Assembly (NCBI GenBank): GCA_977017645.1
Contig: OZ360227.1
Span: forward strand, 113,150,001-113,214,000
Length of the DNA stretch: 64,000 nucleotides
DNA from: Torpedo marmorata
Taxonomy: Eukaryota
Direction: 5' to 3'
Below are positions 49,664-63,741 of the stretch, one piece after another; the first letter of the stretch is position 1; each line of letters begins with the position of its first letter. The translations under genes and the position numbers were made by a program. Under the pieces are notes generated by a model. That model saw only the letters and a program-made list of their open reading frames with translations. It ran no database searches and was not told the DNA's origin.

Positions 49664-51511
49664 ATTAGCAGGAACCTGGGAGTGTAAATTCAGAGCAGAT
49701 ATTCTCTGGGAAACACACAGCAGGAATGTGGAGGTTGTTTAGAGACCACTTGCATGGTGTTCTGGATAGGTTTTCCCATTGAGACAGGGAAAGGATGTTG
49801 GGGTAAAGGAACCATGATTGAGAAGAAGAGGTGGAACATTTAGTCAAGAAGAAGAAGGAAACATAAGGTTTAGGAAGCAAAAGAAAAACCCCTTCTACAT
49901 GCATGAAAAGAACAGGAGGATGACGAGTGAAGATAGGACTGCTCAGGGATAAAGGGGAAACATGCCTGGAGGCAGAGGAGGTAGCAGAGGTCCTGAATGA
50001 GTACTTTGCTTCAGTATTCACCAGGGAAAGAGACCTTGATGAATGTGAGGTCAGCTTAGAACAGGACAATGAGCTGGAGCATGTTGACCTTAAGAAAGAG
50101 GCAGTGTTCGAGCTTCTGAAAAATATACTACAGGACCTTAGGGTAGAGATTACTGAGGTGTTGACAATGATCTTTGCATCTTTCCTCATCACGGGTGTGG
50201 TACCAGAGGATTGGAGGATGGCAAATGTGTTCTGTTGTTCAAGAAAAATAATAGGGAGAATCCTGAGAATTATTGATGAAGGTAGAGCGGTGGATGTGGT
50301 GTATATGGATTTTAGTAAGATGTTCCCATGGTAGGCTCATCCAGAACATCATGAGGCATGGAAACATGGCTGTGTGGACTCGGAATTGGCCTGCCCACAG
50401 AGGCAGAGGGTAGCAAACGATGGAGCGTATTCTGCCTGGTGGTCAGTGACTAATGGTAAACGAAAGGGATCTATTCTGGGACCCCCTGCTCTTTGTGATA
50501 TTTTTTTAATTACTTAGACAAAGAAGAGGAGATGAGGGACAGTAAGTTTGTAGATTACATGAAGGTTGGAAGTGGTGTGGATAGTATAGAAAGTTGTCAC
50601 AAGTTACAATGGGATTCAGACAGGATGGAGAATTGGGCGGAGATGTGTCAGATGGAGCTCAATCAGGAAAAGTGTGAAGTGATACACTTTGAAAGATTGA
50701 ACCAGTGCAGAATACAAAGTCAATGGCAGGACTCTTAGCAGTGTAGAGGAACAGTGGTGCAAGCCAATAGATTCTTCAAAGTTGCCAGGCAAATTGATAA
50801 TGTGATTAAGAAAGCATATGATGTGCTGGCATTCATTAGTCAGGGGATTGAGTTCACAAGCTGCAAGGTAATGTTGCAGCTCTATAAAACTTTGGTTAGA
50901 CCACACTTAGAGTAGAGTTTAGTTCTGGTTGCCTCATTATGGCTCATCATGTGGAAGCTTTGGTGAGAGTATAGAGGAGATTTAGCAGGAGGCTGCCGGG
51001 ACTAGAGCACATTTTATGAGGAAAGGTTGAACAACCTGGGGTTTTTTTCTTTGGAGTGATGAAGAATGAAAGGTAACCTAATAGAGTTGTATAAGATTAT
51101 GAGGGGCATAGATAGAGTGGACAGCAGCACCTTTTTTTCCAGGGCAGCAGTGGCCAATACCAGAGGGCATCCATTTAAGGTGAGTGGAGGTAAGTTTAGG
51201 GGAGATGTTAAAGGGAGTTTTTTTTTTCCACAGTGTGGTGGTGGCTGCCTGGAACATACTGCCAGGGCTGGTGGTAGAGGCTGATAAAATAGGGATATTT
51301 GAAAGACTCTTAGATAGGCACATGGATCTAAGAAGAATCGAGAGTTATGGGCTGTGAGAGAGGAAAGGGTTAGATTGATCATGGAGTGGGTTTATATGGG
51401 TCAGAAAATACTGTGCTGTAGTATTCTATGTTCTCAGTTATAAAGTTGTACCTCAGTGATCTCAGGATTGCTACCAGTGCCACATCCTAGTCACGGAATA
51501 AATAGCACTAT

Positions 51512-52640
51512 AGTGGTTTCAAAAAGGAATTAAGAAAATAAATGATTGTTTTGAAGCTGGTAAATTTATTACTTTTCAAAGAATGAAAGATAAATTTAAT
51601 ATATTGGATAATACACTTTTTGCTTATTACCAAATTAGAGCATTTTTGGTTGGGAAATTAGGTTATAGTTTGATTTAACCAAGACAGAATGAATTAGAAT
51701 TATTAGTTACTAAGGGAAATGTAAATAAATTTATTTCTCAAATGTACAGATTGTTTCAGAGAAAAATTCCTAAAGTAGGAATTCATAAATCAAGATTAAA
51801 GTGGGAATTAGATTTGAATGTAACAATAGATGAAGATCATTGGAAAGAATTATGTAAACTAAGTATGACGAAGATTATTAATGTTAGATATAGACTAGTA
51901 CAATATAATTTTTTTCATCAATTATATTTAACACCTAAAAAGTTAAAGAAATTCAATGCAACATTATCAGGTTTATGTTTTAGATGTAATAGAGAGGAAG
52001 GTTCTTTTGTACATTCTACATGGTTTTGTCCAAAAGTTTATGAATTTTGGTTGAAAGTTAAAAAAATTTAGACAAAGTATTAAAAATTACATTCCCAATG
52101 GACCCTATGATATTTCTGTTTGGAGATATTAAAAAAGTTAGTATTAAGATGAAATTAAATATGTATCAAATAGAATTTCTGCGAATTGCTTTAGCTGTTT
52201 CAAAGAAATGTATTGCTATTACTTAGAAATCTGATGTAGATTTAGGGTTAGAAAGATGGCATGCAGAACTTCGTTCATGTATACCACTTGAAAAAATTAC
52301 TTACAATTTACGTAATAAATATCATTTCTTTTTAAAAATATGGAGCCCATATATGAAAGTTGTCGGTTTAAGGATTTGAAGATCTCTGGACATCGGATCT
52401 GACTGGCGAACATAACCTCCATAATAAAACTAGTTTATAGATGTATTTTTTAGATTGACATTCTCCTTATTCTATCTTTTCTTTCTTTTTATTTTTATTT
52501 TATTAGATTAGTAGGGATGGGAGGGTTAGGGAGGGGAGGGTGGGAGGGGGGTGAAAATGTATCACAAGTATTTTGATAATTTTATATCTTACCTTATGTA
52601 TTTTGTGATATAAAATTTTAAATATAATATTTTTTTTTAA
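51512..52640 (+). mobile_element. L1, 5'-truncated
   Basis: ORF 51742-52071; TSD aaatagcactat at 51500-51511 and 52640-52651. Confidence 0.92.
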
Positions 52641-52719
52641 AATAGCACTATCCATATTTTATTTAAAATATTATATCACAAAATACATAAGGTAAGATAT
52701 AAAATTATCAAAATCCATG

Positions 52720-53110
52720 GTGCAGGAGCGATTCAGATGTCTGGATTTTGAGGGAGTTAGGACAAACTGAATGGTCAACACCTGGTCAGGGCTGGAACCA
52801 ATGTCCTGGGTATTACTGTCTCAGTAATCCCAATGGGGTGGTGGGTGGTTTGATAGTGCTATTGGGGAAGGTTTAAATTAATGTGGCAGAATTGGGATTA
52901 CTGAGACATGGCTCCAGGGTGGCCAAGGATAATATTCAAGGGTACTCAACATTTAGGAAGGATATACTGAAAGGTAAACTTTATTGGATAGTGTTGCTCA
53001 TTTAAAAGGAGGTTAATGTGATTGTAAGAAGAACATCAGCTTTGATATTGTGGAATCGGCAAGGGTTGAGTCGTGGAACACCCGAGGGGAGAAAACATTA
53101 GTGGGAATGT
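52720..53110 (+). mobile_element. Old CR1 fragment (end of ORF1 / start of endonuclease)
   Basis: gggattactgagacatggct (GITETWL) and ggtttaaattaatgtggcag. Confidence 0.6.
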
Positions 53111-54374
53111 ACAATATTTAATGAGAATATTAATGTAATTTGCCACAGCTTCAATTTTTTACTCTCGTGGTCCACCATTTAAAGGTTAAAATAAGCAATG
53201 AACTTACCCCCACCTTCTTGGTTTTAGAGTCAAAAGAAATAATACGATTTCTTGTTTTAGTAAGAAGGTACACTTTTATAATAAATTAATCTGTTTTAAA
53301 ATAAATATATTGGTCATTTTTAATTATATAAAAAAATAAAATGGCAGCGGACATGGTTGTAGCAGCCTGTCTGGCTCCAAACAATGGTGGCATCACTCGT
53401 TCTATTCGTCTTCTCTATGATCAAGAAATTATTAAATTGTTCCAAAATATTTATACATATTTATTTTATATTATATTATATTTTTATGTGATTATGTGTG
53501 CTGTGTAATATGTGTGTGTGTGTATGCAGGATGGTTGGAGAAACACTGTTTCATTTGATTGTGTATGTATAGTTAGATAATAATAAACTTGAACTTGATC
53601 TTATTGCATAACTAGATAATAACATTAGTAACAGAAGCCCATTAGAATTCTGAGGCTGTCAAGTAGGCTCGAATGATTATCCACATTCTTTCTAAATTTA
53701 TTGGAATGAGCCAATTTTATATGAAGTCAGGATATGAATTCTTAATCCTGTGTTCTGGACTTGCAGTGAATTTGTCAAAGTATCCTCATTATAAGGAAGT
53801 CTGAAAACAAAAGAGATAAGGATTGCAACCTTAAATTTACCAGATATGTTCAATCCCTTTGCTGTTGGCACTATTTTTACTTGACACCAAATATGTTTAA
53901 AATAATTTTGATAACATATTAGATAGATAACAAAATAAGAAGCATATCACCATATCCACTGCAAAGAGTCAATTGATAAATGCATGTAGATAGACAATGA
54001 AAAGGTAATTTTCCCTTACTAATTTTTATGAAAATTCCCTAAACACATCTTAAGTTTCCATAGCAATAGGAATAAAAGGAAAAGGAACAGAACCAAAAAT
54101 GTCATTGGAATAATTCTATTCTGGAAAGAAAACCATTTACATCAAATCTAGTTCAGCATTTGCCTTGCTTTAAACTTCAAATTGTAAACTGAGCATATTT
54201 ATCTATTGTAATTTATTTTCAATTACTTCACCTTATTCACAAAATAAATAAGAGAACCATTAAATAAGTTCAATTTTTAATAATATAAAGAGCATTAAAA
54301 AAATCAAAAAGTGATGGCATAATTTTTGGCATCTGAGCAGTAATCAATTGTCCAAGAATGGACAATTATTTATA

Positions 54375-54484
54375 TATGTAATGCCGTAAGATGGTAATAA
54401 TATGAATGTTTGCACGATGATGCTGTCGCAAAACACCGAATTTCATGACTTGTTCATGACAATAAATTCTGATTCTGATTCTGA
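54375..54484 (+). mobile_element. Rex1-type 3' tail fragment
   Basis: Near-identical to 57785-57892, ending in (attctg)n. Confidence 0.85.
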
Positions 54485-56507
54485 TAAATGCAGAAGAGAA
54501 CACTGAGTTGTCTGCCTGGTCCATAATATACAGTACATCTTTTGGTTCATTGTTGATTCATAATAAATCTACAGCTACATGATGAAAAATTTATTTTTTC
54601 AACAACTATTGATTACTTCTCATTCAATTTTCAATTTTTACTTTTCAATACTGTAATACTCAAATAATTTGTTTCTGAAAGTAGTCGGAGAGTACATAAA
54701 AGTAAACTGATGTATTTCGTTGTGCTGGAGTATGGTAATGAAATATAGTGAACATCAATATAACAAATGATAGGAAATCACTATTTGTTGAAAGCTTTCT
54801 GACCTGCATACATACATGCACATCAATATTTCTTAATCCCATTACCTTTTTCCACCCATTTCTGACTCTGCTCTTGGCCTTCCAGCTTTCCACCTTAACT
54901 CCAATAAGTTCAATACCAACCATTTCTTATGCCTGAGCCTTGATGGCATTCCCTTCAAAAACACCATTATCAGCGTCCCTCTATTTCTTAAAATTTGTCC
55001 AGTTTTAACATACTCTTCATCTCTGGTGTATTTTATACTAATGTGCATTGAGCACGCTCACCAGTCTTGGTTTTGAGACTCTTAAATGCAGGCTGACAGT
55101 TCAGTTGCTCTTTTCTCTACATTCATTAGTTTTATCTGTCTATCTCTGCTTATTCACTGCAAGATATCCCCTCACATAGAATACATCCTAAAAATTATTG
55201 GTTCCAGTCGAGTGCTCTCCCCTCCAAAGTGTTAAATATTGGAGGTAACTTCAACCAGCATTAGCAAATAATTATGGAAGTACCTTTCACAGCATTGTTT
55301 CAAATATTAGTTTAAAAGCAAATACAAATTATTAGGTAAAATATGTGTGGTCATATTCCTGTGACTTTGATCAGGAAAATTTTTCATAAACAAGCTTTTT
55401 TTTCCACAAAGCTCCCTTATATTCTCAAATTTCTTTCAGAGTTTATTTATCTCCTTTTCGCTGCTTTCTATTCATGTCTTTCAGGGAAAAAAAATTGATG
55501 CTGATGTCCAGGTGGAACAAATCAGGGGTTTGAATGGTTGAAAATTAGAGATAGGTTGAGAATGTTTAATCCTTTACAGAAGGTCATACTGAACATTCTT
55601 TCGATTCTTGCATAATATGCATGGAGGAAAGTGAAGCCACATGCATTCCTTGGTCTCAGAGTTTCTACCAGCTCTGTTTTCTCACTCATTTCTATTCAGG
55701 GATGCACGTAAATGTACCAACATCACATCTGTTAGGTTTACAAAAGAATTCTATTTGAAGCCATCTCTTGGAGCATGCTAATCATGTGTAGCCGGAGCAG
55801 AACAGTTTTCAACACAATGAGAATTCTGAATGATTTAGATACGTTCATCAAAGCTACAATCAAACAATATAACACTTTTTCTATCCACACCTGCGTTCAT
55901 TTGGGTTTATGATGGAAGACTGGAAGCTGTGCAGAGAAAAGTCATAAAATTGAATGCTGATGGTGGGTGTCTGGAGAAAAACTGGAAAACTTTTGGAATG
56001 GAAAAGAATATTAGTGGTGTTATAATGTAAGGATATTAGAAGATCAAGAGTTTGGAATATGTAATTTTGATGAAGGCCATTACAAGGACATGATAGAGTT
56101 TTGACTGTCATATAACAATTCCTAAAAAACAAAAAAATAGATTTCAACACCATTGGTCCCAAACAGAAATCAAACTCATTGACTGATGGAGAGCATGTCA
56201 AAATTATACGTTATCGTACAGTGCTTCAAGAATGTAAATATTTCGATCCAATACTAGTTCAGATTTTGAAATACTCCAAATGTCATTACTGGCTTAGCAT
56301 CTACAAAATCACATTCATTGGGATTAAATCTTCTCCTTTAATTTTGAAAGAATTATGAGACCCCATTTTCATCACTCCTGGTAAGCCAATGAATATGGTA
56401 ACATTTATTCTGAAGTCTTGTAAAGAAGTTGAATGGAGATAAGAGCAAACTAATAAATTAATCAGCTCAAATTTCACAGGATCTTACCATTATTTTTAAG
56501 TTATAGT

Positions 56508-56670
56508 TTAAATTTAGACATACAGCACGGTAACAGGCCCTTTCGGCCCATGAGCCCATACCGCCTAATTACACCCAATCGATCATCTACCCCCAGTACG
56601 TTTTGAAGGGTGGGAGGAAACCAGAGGCCCCAGGGAAAACCCATGCAGACACGGAGAGAACATACAAACT
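56508..56670 (-). mobile_element. V-SINE/HE1-like SINE, partial
   Basis: tagacatacagcacggtaacaggccctttcggccc...gggaggaaaccagag...catgcagacacgg. Confidence 0.85.
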
Positions 56671-56797
56671 GTAACGAATGTGCTATGATTAATCTTTAGT
56701 TTAATGTTAAATCTATATTTCATCTAGAGATGGCTTAGTAAGTTAGTTTTGGGTGGTTTCAGGGGCACAAAGACAACATATTTGCATTTTAAACACA

Positions 56798-57892
56798 CAG
56801 CTCGGCCTTCAATCCCATCATTCCCTCAGTGCTGGTCAAGAAGCTACAAACTCTAGGCCTCTGTACCCCCCTCTGCAACTGGATCCTTGACTTTCTCATC
56901 GGAAGTCCACAATCAGTACGAATTGGAAACAACGTCTCCTCCTCACTGATTATCAACACAGGCGCACCCCAAGGATGCGTGCTTAGTCCACTGCTCTACT
57001 CGTTATACACCCATGACTGTGTGGCCAGGCACAATTCTAATGCCATCTACAAGTTTGCCGATGACACCACAGTTGTCAGCAGAATCACAAACGGCAATGA
57101 GGAAGCGTACAGGAGGGAGATAGATCAGCTCGTTGAATGGTGTAATGGCAACAATCTTGAGCTCAACGTCAGCAAAACCAAGGAGATGATTGTGGACTTC
57201 AGGAGGAAGTCAGGGAAACACGACCAAGTCCTCATCGAGGGCTCAGTAGTGGAGAGGGTCAAGAACTTCAAATTCCTGGGTGTCAACATCTCCAAGGATC
57301 TGTCCTGGAGCATCCACATTGATGCAATCACAAAGAAGGCTCGCCAGCGGCAATACTTTGTGAGGTGTCTGAGGAGATTCGGTATGTCACTGAAGACTCT
57401 CGTAAACTTCTACAGGTGTACCGTGGAGAGCATTCTGGCTGGTTGCATCGCTGCCTGGTATGAAGGCGCCAACTCCCAGGACAAGAGTAAACTCCAGAGG
57501 GTTGTTAACTCGGCCTGTGACATCACAGGCACCAAACTTCACTCCATCGAGGACATCTACATGAGGCGGTGTCTTAAAAAAGCAGCCTCTATCCTCAAAG
57601 ACCCCCACCACCCAGGCCATGCCCTCTTCACTCTGCTTCCATCGGGAAAAAGGTACAGGAGCCTAAAGACGAGCACTCAACGGCACAAGGACAGCTTCTT
57701 CCCCGCTGCCATCAGATTCCTGAATAATCAATGAACCAAAGACACTGCCTTCCTTTTCGTGCACTATTGTTTATAATTTTTTATAGTAATGTCGTAAGAT
57801 GGTTAATATGAATGTTAATTGCACTATGATGCTGCCGCAAAACACCGAATTTCATGACTTGTTCATGACAATAAATTCTGATTCTGATTCTG
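56798..57892 (+). mobile_element. Rex1-type LINE (second family), 5'-truncated
   Basis: ORF 56829-57734 ([15 protein letters not shown]); (attctg)n tail. Confidence 0.92.
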
Positions 57893-58396
57893 AAATGGCA
57901 GATGGCCATTTGCAGAGACAGAATGTCTCTGATTGCAGTTGAAGCCAAGAGATGAAAGGCTTTATGATGGTTCTTGAGATACTGAAAACAATAGGTGTTG
58001 GCTCAGAAGCACCTGTGCAAACGCAGATTCATTCTGTGTCCATGTGGGCAGACATCACAGAGGCATCTTCTCATTAACTTTTGGAGAAGTTGGAACTTCA
58101 AACACAGGAAAATACTTGGTAAAACGCAGGAAGGCATAAGTGGAATGAGATGCTTTTAGCACATAAGTGTGAAGAAGACATTATGAACTTCAAAGACAGA
58201 AATTATGTCATATACCATGTGACATGAGAGATGTGCAAGAAATATATTATCGAAGGGGGACGTCACGTGATGCCGTAGGGTTAGGACATAGAAACCTGAC
58301 TCTCCTGGGAATTTTTTAAAAAAGTACCGAATAAAAAACGTTTAAAAAAATTTAAACCTTTTTTAAAAGTATTTAAATACTAGGAAAATAGTACAA

Positions 58397-59525
58397 ATGC
58401 CTTTAAAAAAAGATAAATCAGCCGCAGCCTTACCTAAAGCTCCACGCAAGGAGAAGACTTGAATGGAAAAAAAGGCCTCAACAGCAGGGATCCAGCGTAC
58501 AGACCGATCCCGAGGTGGGTGGTACCGCTGGCAGGGACCTCTGCTGGCGTTGCACACCTCCAACAAGGGGAGCATGGCACTGAGGAAGAAACCGGAAGTG
58601 AAACGGGCATGAGCGGAACGCCGGAGCTCTCAGCTGAGTCTGCAGCATCGGGAGGAGAGACAGAACACTCCGATTCTGACAGTGAAGAAGAGAAGGTGGA
58701 AATTGAAGATCAACAACAACAAGAAGAGGAAATACAAGAAGATGTGGAAGCAAAAGATAAAGAAACAAGAAACTCAGACTTATTAATAGTATTAAAAGAG
58801 TTTAAAAAATTAAGGCTGAAATTAAAGGGATTAACAAAGTGGCGAAAGAGATAAAAGGAATAAGGATAAAATTGGATAAAATTGATGGAAAAGTCAATAA
58901 AGTACAAGATGATATTGAACTTATTGATGACAGAATGGAAAAAGTGGAAAATAATACTACAGCTTTAACAATGGAAAATCAGAAGCTTCAACAGAAAGTA
59001 GATATACTGGAGAATTTTATCAGAAGAAATAACATAAAAATAGTGGGTCTTAAAGAAGGAATAGAAGATCAAGATATGATTGCTTTTATTAAAAGGTTGA
59101 TACATGAAGTTTTGGGCCAAGATAACTTTGAACACCCAATTGAAATTGAAAGAGCTCATAGGGCTCCAGGAGGGAAACTACTACAAGACCAAAACCCACG
59201 TTTAATTATAATTAAATTTCTTCGTTACCAAGATAGAGAGAAGGTTCTGAAAGTGGCGATGGAACAAACAAGAAAAAGATGTGGCCCTCTGGTATATGAA
59301 GGTGCTAGAATTCTATTTTATCCTGATATAAGTGCTGATTTAATGAAGAGAAGGAAAGAATTTAACCCAGCTAAGAAGATCCTCTGGGAGAAGGGTTATA
59401 GATTTGTACTGCGACACCCAGCGACTTTGAAAATCTTTTTGCTTGAACAACCAAGCGGATACTTTACAAGTTATGTATTGGCAGAGGATTTTGTTAAAGA
59501 ACTTCCACAGGTCCAGAGGGAATGA
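58397..59525 (+). pseudogene. L1 ORF1p (Transposase_22-like), disrupted
   Basis: Coiled coil, RRNNIKIVGLKE, IERAHR and FYPDISA...RRKEF; a stop and a frameshift lie upstream of 58839. Confidence 0.9.
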
Positions 59526-59985
59526 AGGAAAAATTAAAACCTGGACTGTTATAATTACGATTCACAAGGACTATATTATCTGTACCAGATTATAAGCCTG
59601 ATTAATTTAATAACTGGTTACTTTAAAAAAAAAATATATATATATATATAAAATGATGCACCAGGGGGGTTGGGGAAGAGGATGAGGTTCTAACTCCTGC
59701 TGGATCATGTGTAACTTTGCGACTCTGGTCACGACCCATAAAATGGAGGGGGGTAGCGCTATATATATATAGACAGCGCTAGAGGGGAAGAATTTACTTT
59801 GTTTTTTTATTGTAAAAGTTGGAAAATGTACTTTTTAACTTTATACTTACTTTTTTCTATTTGTGTGGACTGCCGGAGGAGACGTGTGACGACGCAATGG
59901 AGACTGGAGAACGAAGTAAAAGGGAGAGAGTTAGCGGTCTGGGGTAGAGGAGCTAACACTAAAAGAATGAATATGGCTATTCAAA

Positions 59986-62900
59986 ATGAGTAATATAGTA
60001 AAATTTATGAAATTTAATATTAATGGGATAAGTGGACCAATTAAGAGGAAAAGAGTATTAGCATATATTAAAAAATTAGGTATAGATGTGGCTTTTTTAC
60101 AAGAGACACATTTAACAGAAAAAGAACATTTGAAACTAAAAAGAGACTGGGTGGGATATGTAGCAGCTTCTTCATTTAATTTTAAGGCAAGAGGTGTGGC
60201 AATTTTAATAAAAAAGAATCTCCCAATCAAAATTCAAAATGTAGTGATGGATCCTGTAGGGAGATATGTAATGATACATTGCCAAATATATTCAGAATTT
60301 TGGACTTTTTTGAATATATATGCCTCTAATGTGGATGATGATAAATTTATTCAAGGAACTTTTCTTAATATAGCAGAGGCACATGAAAATATTATAATAG
60401 GAGGAGATTTCAACTTTTGTTTAGATCCAGTCTTAGATAGATCTACAATAGGAGTGAAGAGAACTAAGGCAGAAAAAGTTACATTGGTACTAATGAAAGA
60501 TCTAAATTTAATAGATGCCTGGAGAAGAATCCATCCTAGGGAAAAGGATTATTCATTTTACTCGAGTAGACATGACTCTTATTCTAGAATTGATCTATTT
60601 TTAGTTTCAGCACAACTGCAAGATAGAATCCTAGAAACAGAATATAAAGCAAGGATTTTGTCTGATCACTCACCTTTATTAATGACAATTGCCGTACCTG
60701 ATAAAGAAAAATCAATATATAGGTGGAGACTAAATCCATTATTATTAAAAAGAACAGACTTTTGCGACTTTATAAGGTGGCACATTCAGATATTTTGTGA
60801 AACAAATTTAAACTCCGTGAATGATAAATTTGTAATATGGGAAACTTTGAAAGCATATCTAAGAGGTCAAATTATAAGTTACACTTCAAAAATTAAAAAG
60901 GAATATTTGAGAGAAATAGACCAATTAGAAACAGAAATAACGATTTTAGAAAAGGATTTACAAAAGAGAAGCTCTGAAGATAAGCGTAGACAATTAACTA
61001 ATAAAAAATTCCAGTATAATATATTACAGACTTATAGAACGGAAAAGACTATAAGAACTAAGCAGAGATATTATGAATTAGGTGAACGATCACACAAAGT
61101 ATTAGCATGGCAATTAAAAACTGAACAGGCTTCAAGAACAATTAATGCAATTAAAAGCGACTCTAATGTTACCAGTTATAAGCCCCAAAAAATAAATGAC
61201 TCTTTCAAAAAATGTTATTCTAAATTATATAAATCGGAGTCTTTGCAAGATGACAGTAAAATAGATGGATATCTATCGCAGATAAATTTACCAAGATTAA
61301 ATATGCAAGAACAGCTAGAATTGAGTACCCAGCTTACACAGAAAGAAGTAAAAGATGCAATGAGCTCATTACAAAGTAATAAAGCTCCGGGAGAAGATGG
61401 TTTTCCACCAGAGTTTTATAAAGAGTTTCAAGAACTATTAATTCCTGTCTTTATGGAAATGTTACAACAGGCATCAGTAACTCATACTCTCCTGGAATGT
61501 TTGTCAACGGCAATAATTACAGTAATACCAAAGAAAGATAGAGATCCATTGAAACCCTCGTCCTATAAACCAATCTCATTATTAAATGCAGATTATAAAA
61601 TTGTAGCTAAAATTTTGGCTAACAGGATAATTAAATTGTTACCTAAATTAGTAAATATGGATTAGACAGGCTTTTTAAAAAAATGACAAGCGGCTGACAA
61701 TGTAGCAAGATTACTTAGTATTATTCATCTAGCTCAAAAAAGGAAAATATTAAGTGTTGCGGAGGCTTTAGATGCAAAAAAAGCATTTGATAGATTGGAG
61801 TGGGATTTTTTGTTTAAAGTGTTGGAGAAATTTGGATTTGGACAAACCTTTATAAACTGGATTAAAGCACTATATAATGCTCCAAAAGCTAAAGTAGTGA
61901 TTAATGAACAAATATCAACGCCGTTCTGTTTGACAAGGTCTAGCAGACAAGGATGCCCATTGTCACCAGCTTTATTTATATTAGCTATAGAACCACTTGC
62001 AGAGGCAATAAGAAGTGACTTGGAAATTAAGGGATTTAGAGTTGGCCAAGAACAACATAAAATTAGTCTATTTGCAGATGATGTTTTAATATATTTGACA
62101 GAACCTGAGGCCTCTCTACAAATATTACATTTTAAATTGGAAGAATATGGAAAGATCTCAGGTTATAAGGTAAATTGGGACAAAAGTGAAATTATGCCCC
62201 TTACAGAAGGAGACTATACTATATGTAAATGAAATACTCAGTTTAAATGGCCACAAAATGGGATAAAATATTTAGGGATTCGAACAGATAACAATTTAAA
62301 AAAATTATATAAATGGAATTATTTACCATTACTTAAAAAGGTTAAAGAAGATTTGGAAAAATGGATGAGTCTACCTATAACATTGATAGGAAGAGTCAAT
62401 TGTATTAAAATGAATGTATTTCCAAGAATACAATATTTATATCAAACCATACCTATTTTATTACCACAAAGGTTTTTTCAAGAGTTATATAGACAAGTGA
62501 GAAAATTCCTTTGGAGAGGTAAATTGTCAAGAGTTTCTATAGAACGTTTAACATGGAAATATGAGTTAGGAGGTTTACAACTCCCTAACTTTAAAATGAG
62601 ATTTCTTACTTCTTTTTTTGAAAGTGAGGAAAAACCTGCATGGGTAAAAATAGAATTAGGAAAAATAGGAGAGAGAGTACCAGAAGGATTTATATATAAA
62701 TGGAATTCAAAATTATTAGTAGGAGTTAAATAAGCACCATTATTAAAATATTTGATTACTGCTTGGAACAAGATTAACGATGAGATAGGGACAAAAGGGA
62801 CTATATCACCTAAAAAGCCCTTGATACAGAACAATCTTATACTTTTTACAAAAGATAATCAATTTTTAAATATATGGTTACAGAAAGGAATTAAGAAGAT

Positions 62901-63741
62901 AGAAGATTGTTATGAAAGAGGCCAATTGATGTCATTTGTACAGTTAAGAAATAAATATGGAATACCGAATAATACTTTTCTTCATTATTTTCAACTAAGA
63001 GGATATCTAATGGAAAAACTAGGTTTAGACATGTTGTTACAAAATTGTAGTGAAGTGGAAACTCTTATTAAAAAAGGAAATACTAGAAAATTGACTTCTA
63101 TAATATACTCTTTGTTACAAAGAGGAGTCCTTAAACAAGGACTTCATAAATCTAGACAGAGATGGGAACAAGATCTTAATGTGACAATTGACGTAAAAAG
63201 ATGGTCGGATTTATGTCAAGATAGCATGACCAATACTATTAATGTAAGATATAGATTAGTTCAGTATAACTTTTTACACCAATTATATCCTACACCGCAA
63301 AAATTGAATAAAATGAAATCTGTATTATCAAATAAGTGTTTTAGATGTGGTGAAGGAGTGGGAACTTTTTTACATTCAACTAGGTTATGCTCCAAGGTAA
63401 GACCCTTCTGGGTGGAATTAGGGAATTTGTTAAAGCAAATTACGGGTGTTACACTCCCACAAAACCCTTATTTATTTTTATTAGGGAATGTTGAAGGAAC
63501 CAGACCAAAATTGAAGTTATCAATATATCAATTGAAATTTGTAAAAATTGCCCTAGTGGTAGAGAGGAAGTGTATAGCAATAACTTGGAAGTCAGATACA
63601 AATTTAGATATGGAAAGATGGAATACAAAGATACAGAGTTGCATTCCATTGGAAAAAATAACTTACAATATGAGAAATAAATATGGGGTATTTTTGCAAA
63701 TTTGGCGTACATATATCCAGACATTAGGTATAAATATGTAA
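59986..63741 (+). pseudogene. L1 ORF2p (APE endonuclease, RT, CCHC), disrupted
   Basis: NING, LQETH, GGDFN, SRID, SDH; RQGCPLSP, LFADD; stops or frameshifts near 61665, 62232 and 62733. Confidence 0.95.

Larger units (their letters stand above)
48421..51435 (+). mobile_element. Degenerate CR1 (ORF1 esterase remnant 48500-48750; ORF2 49665-51300; tail)
   Basis: AIVVxDSMVRGADRR...MVCCLPGARVKDV; AEVLNEYFASVFT; VPEDWRMANV; VDVVYMDFSK. Confidence 0.88.

Noticed and set aside
56670-58250. Possible solo LTR starting TGTAAC at 56670, split by Rex1
   Set aside because: No closing CA/TSD, PBS or second copy is visible in the window, so it cannot be supported.
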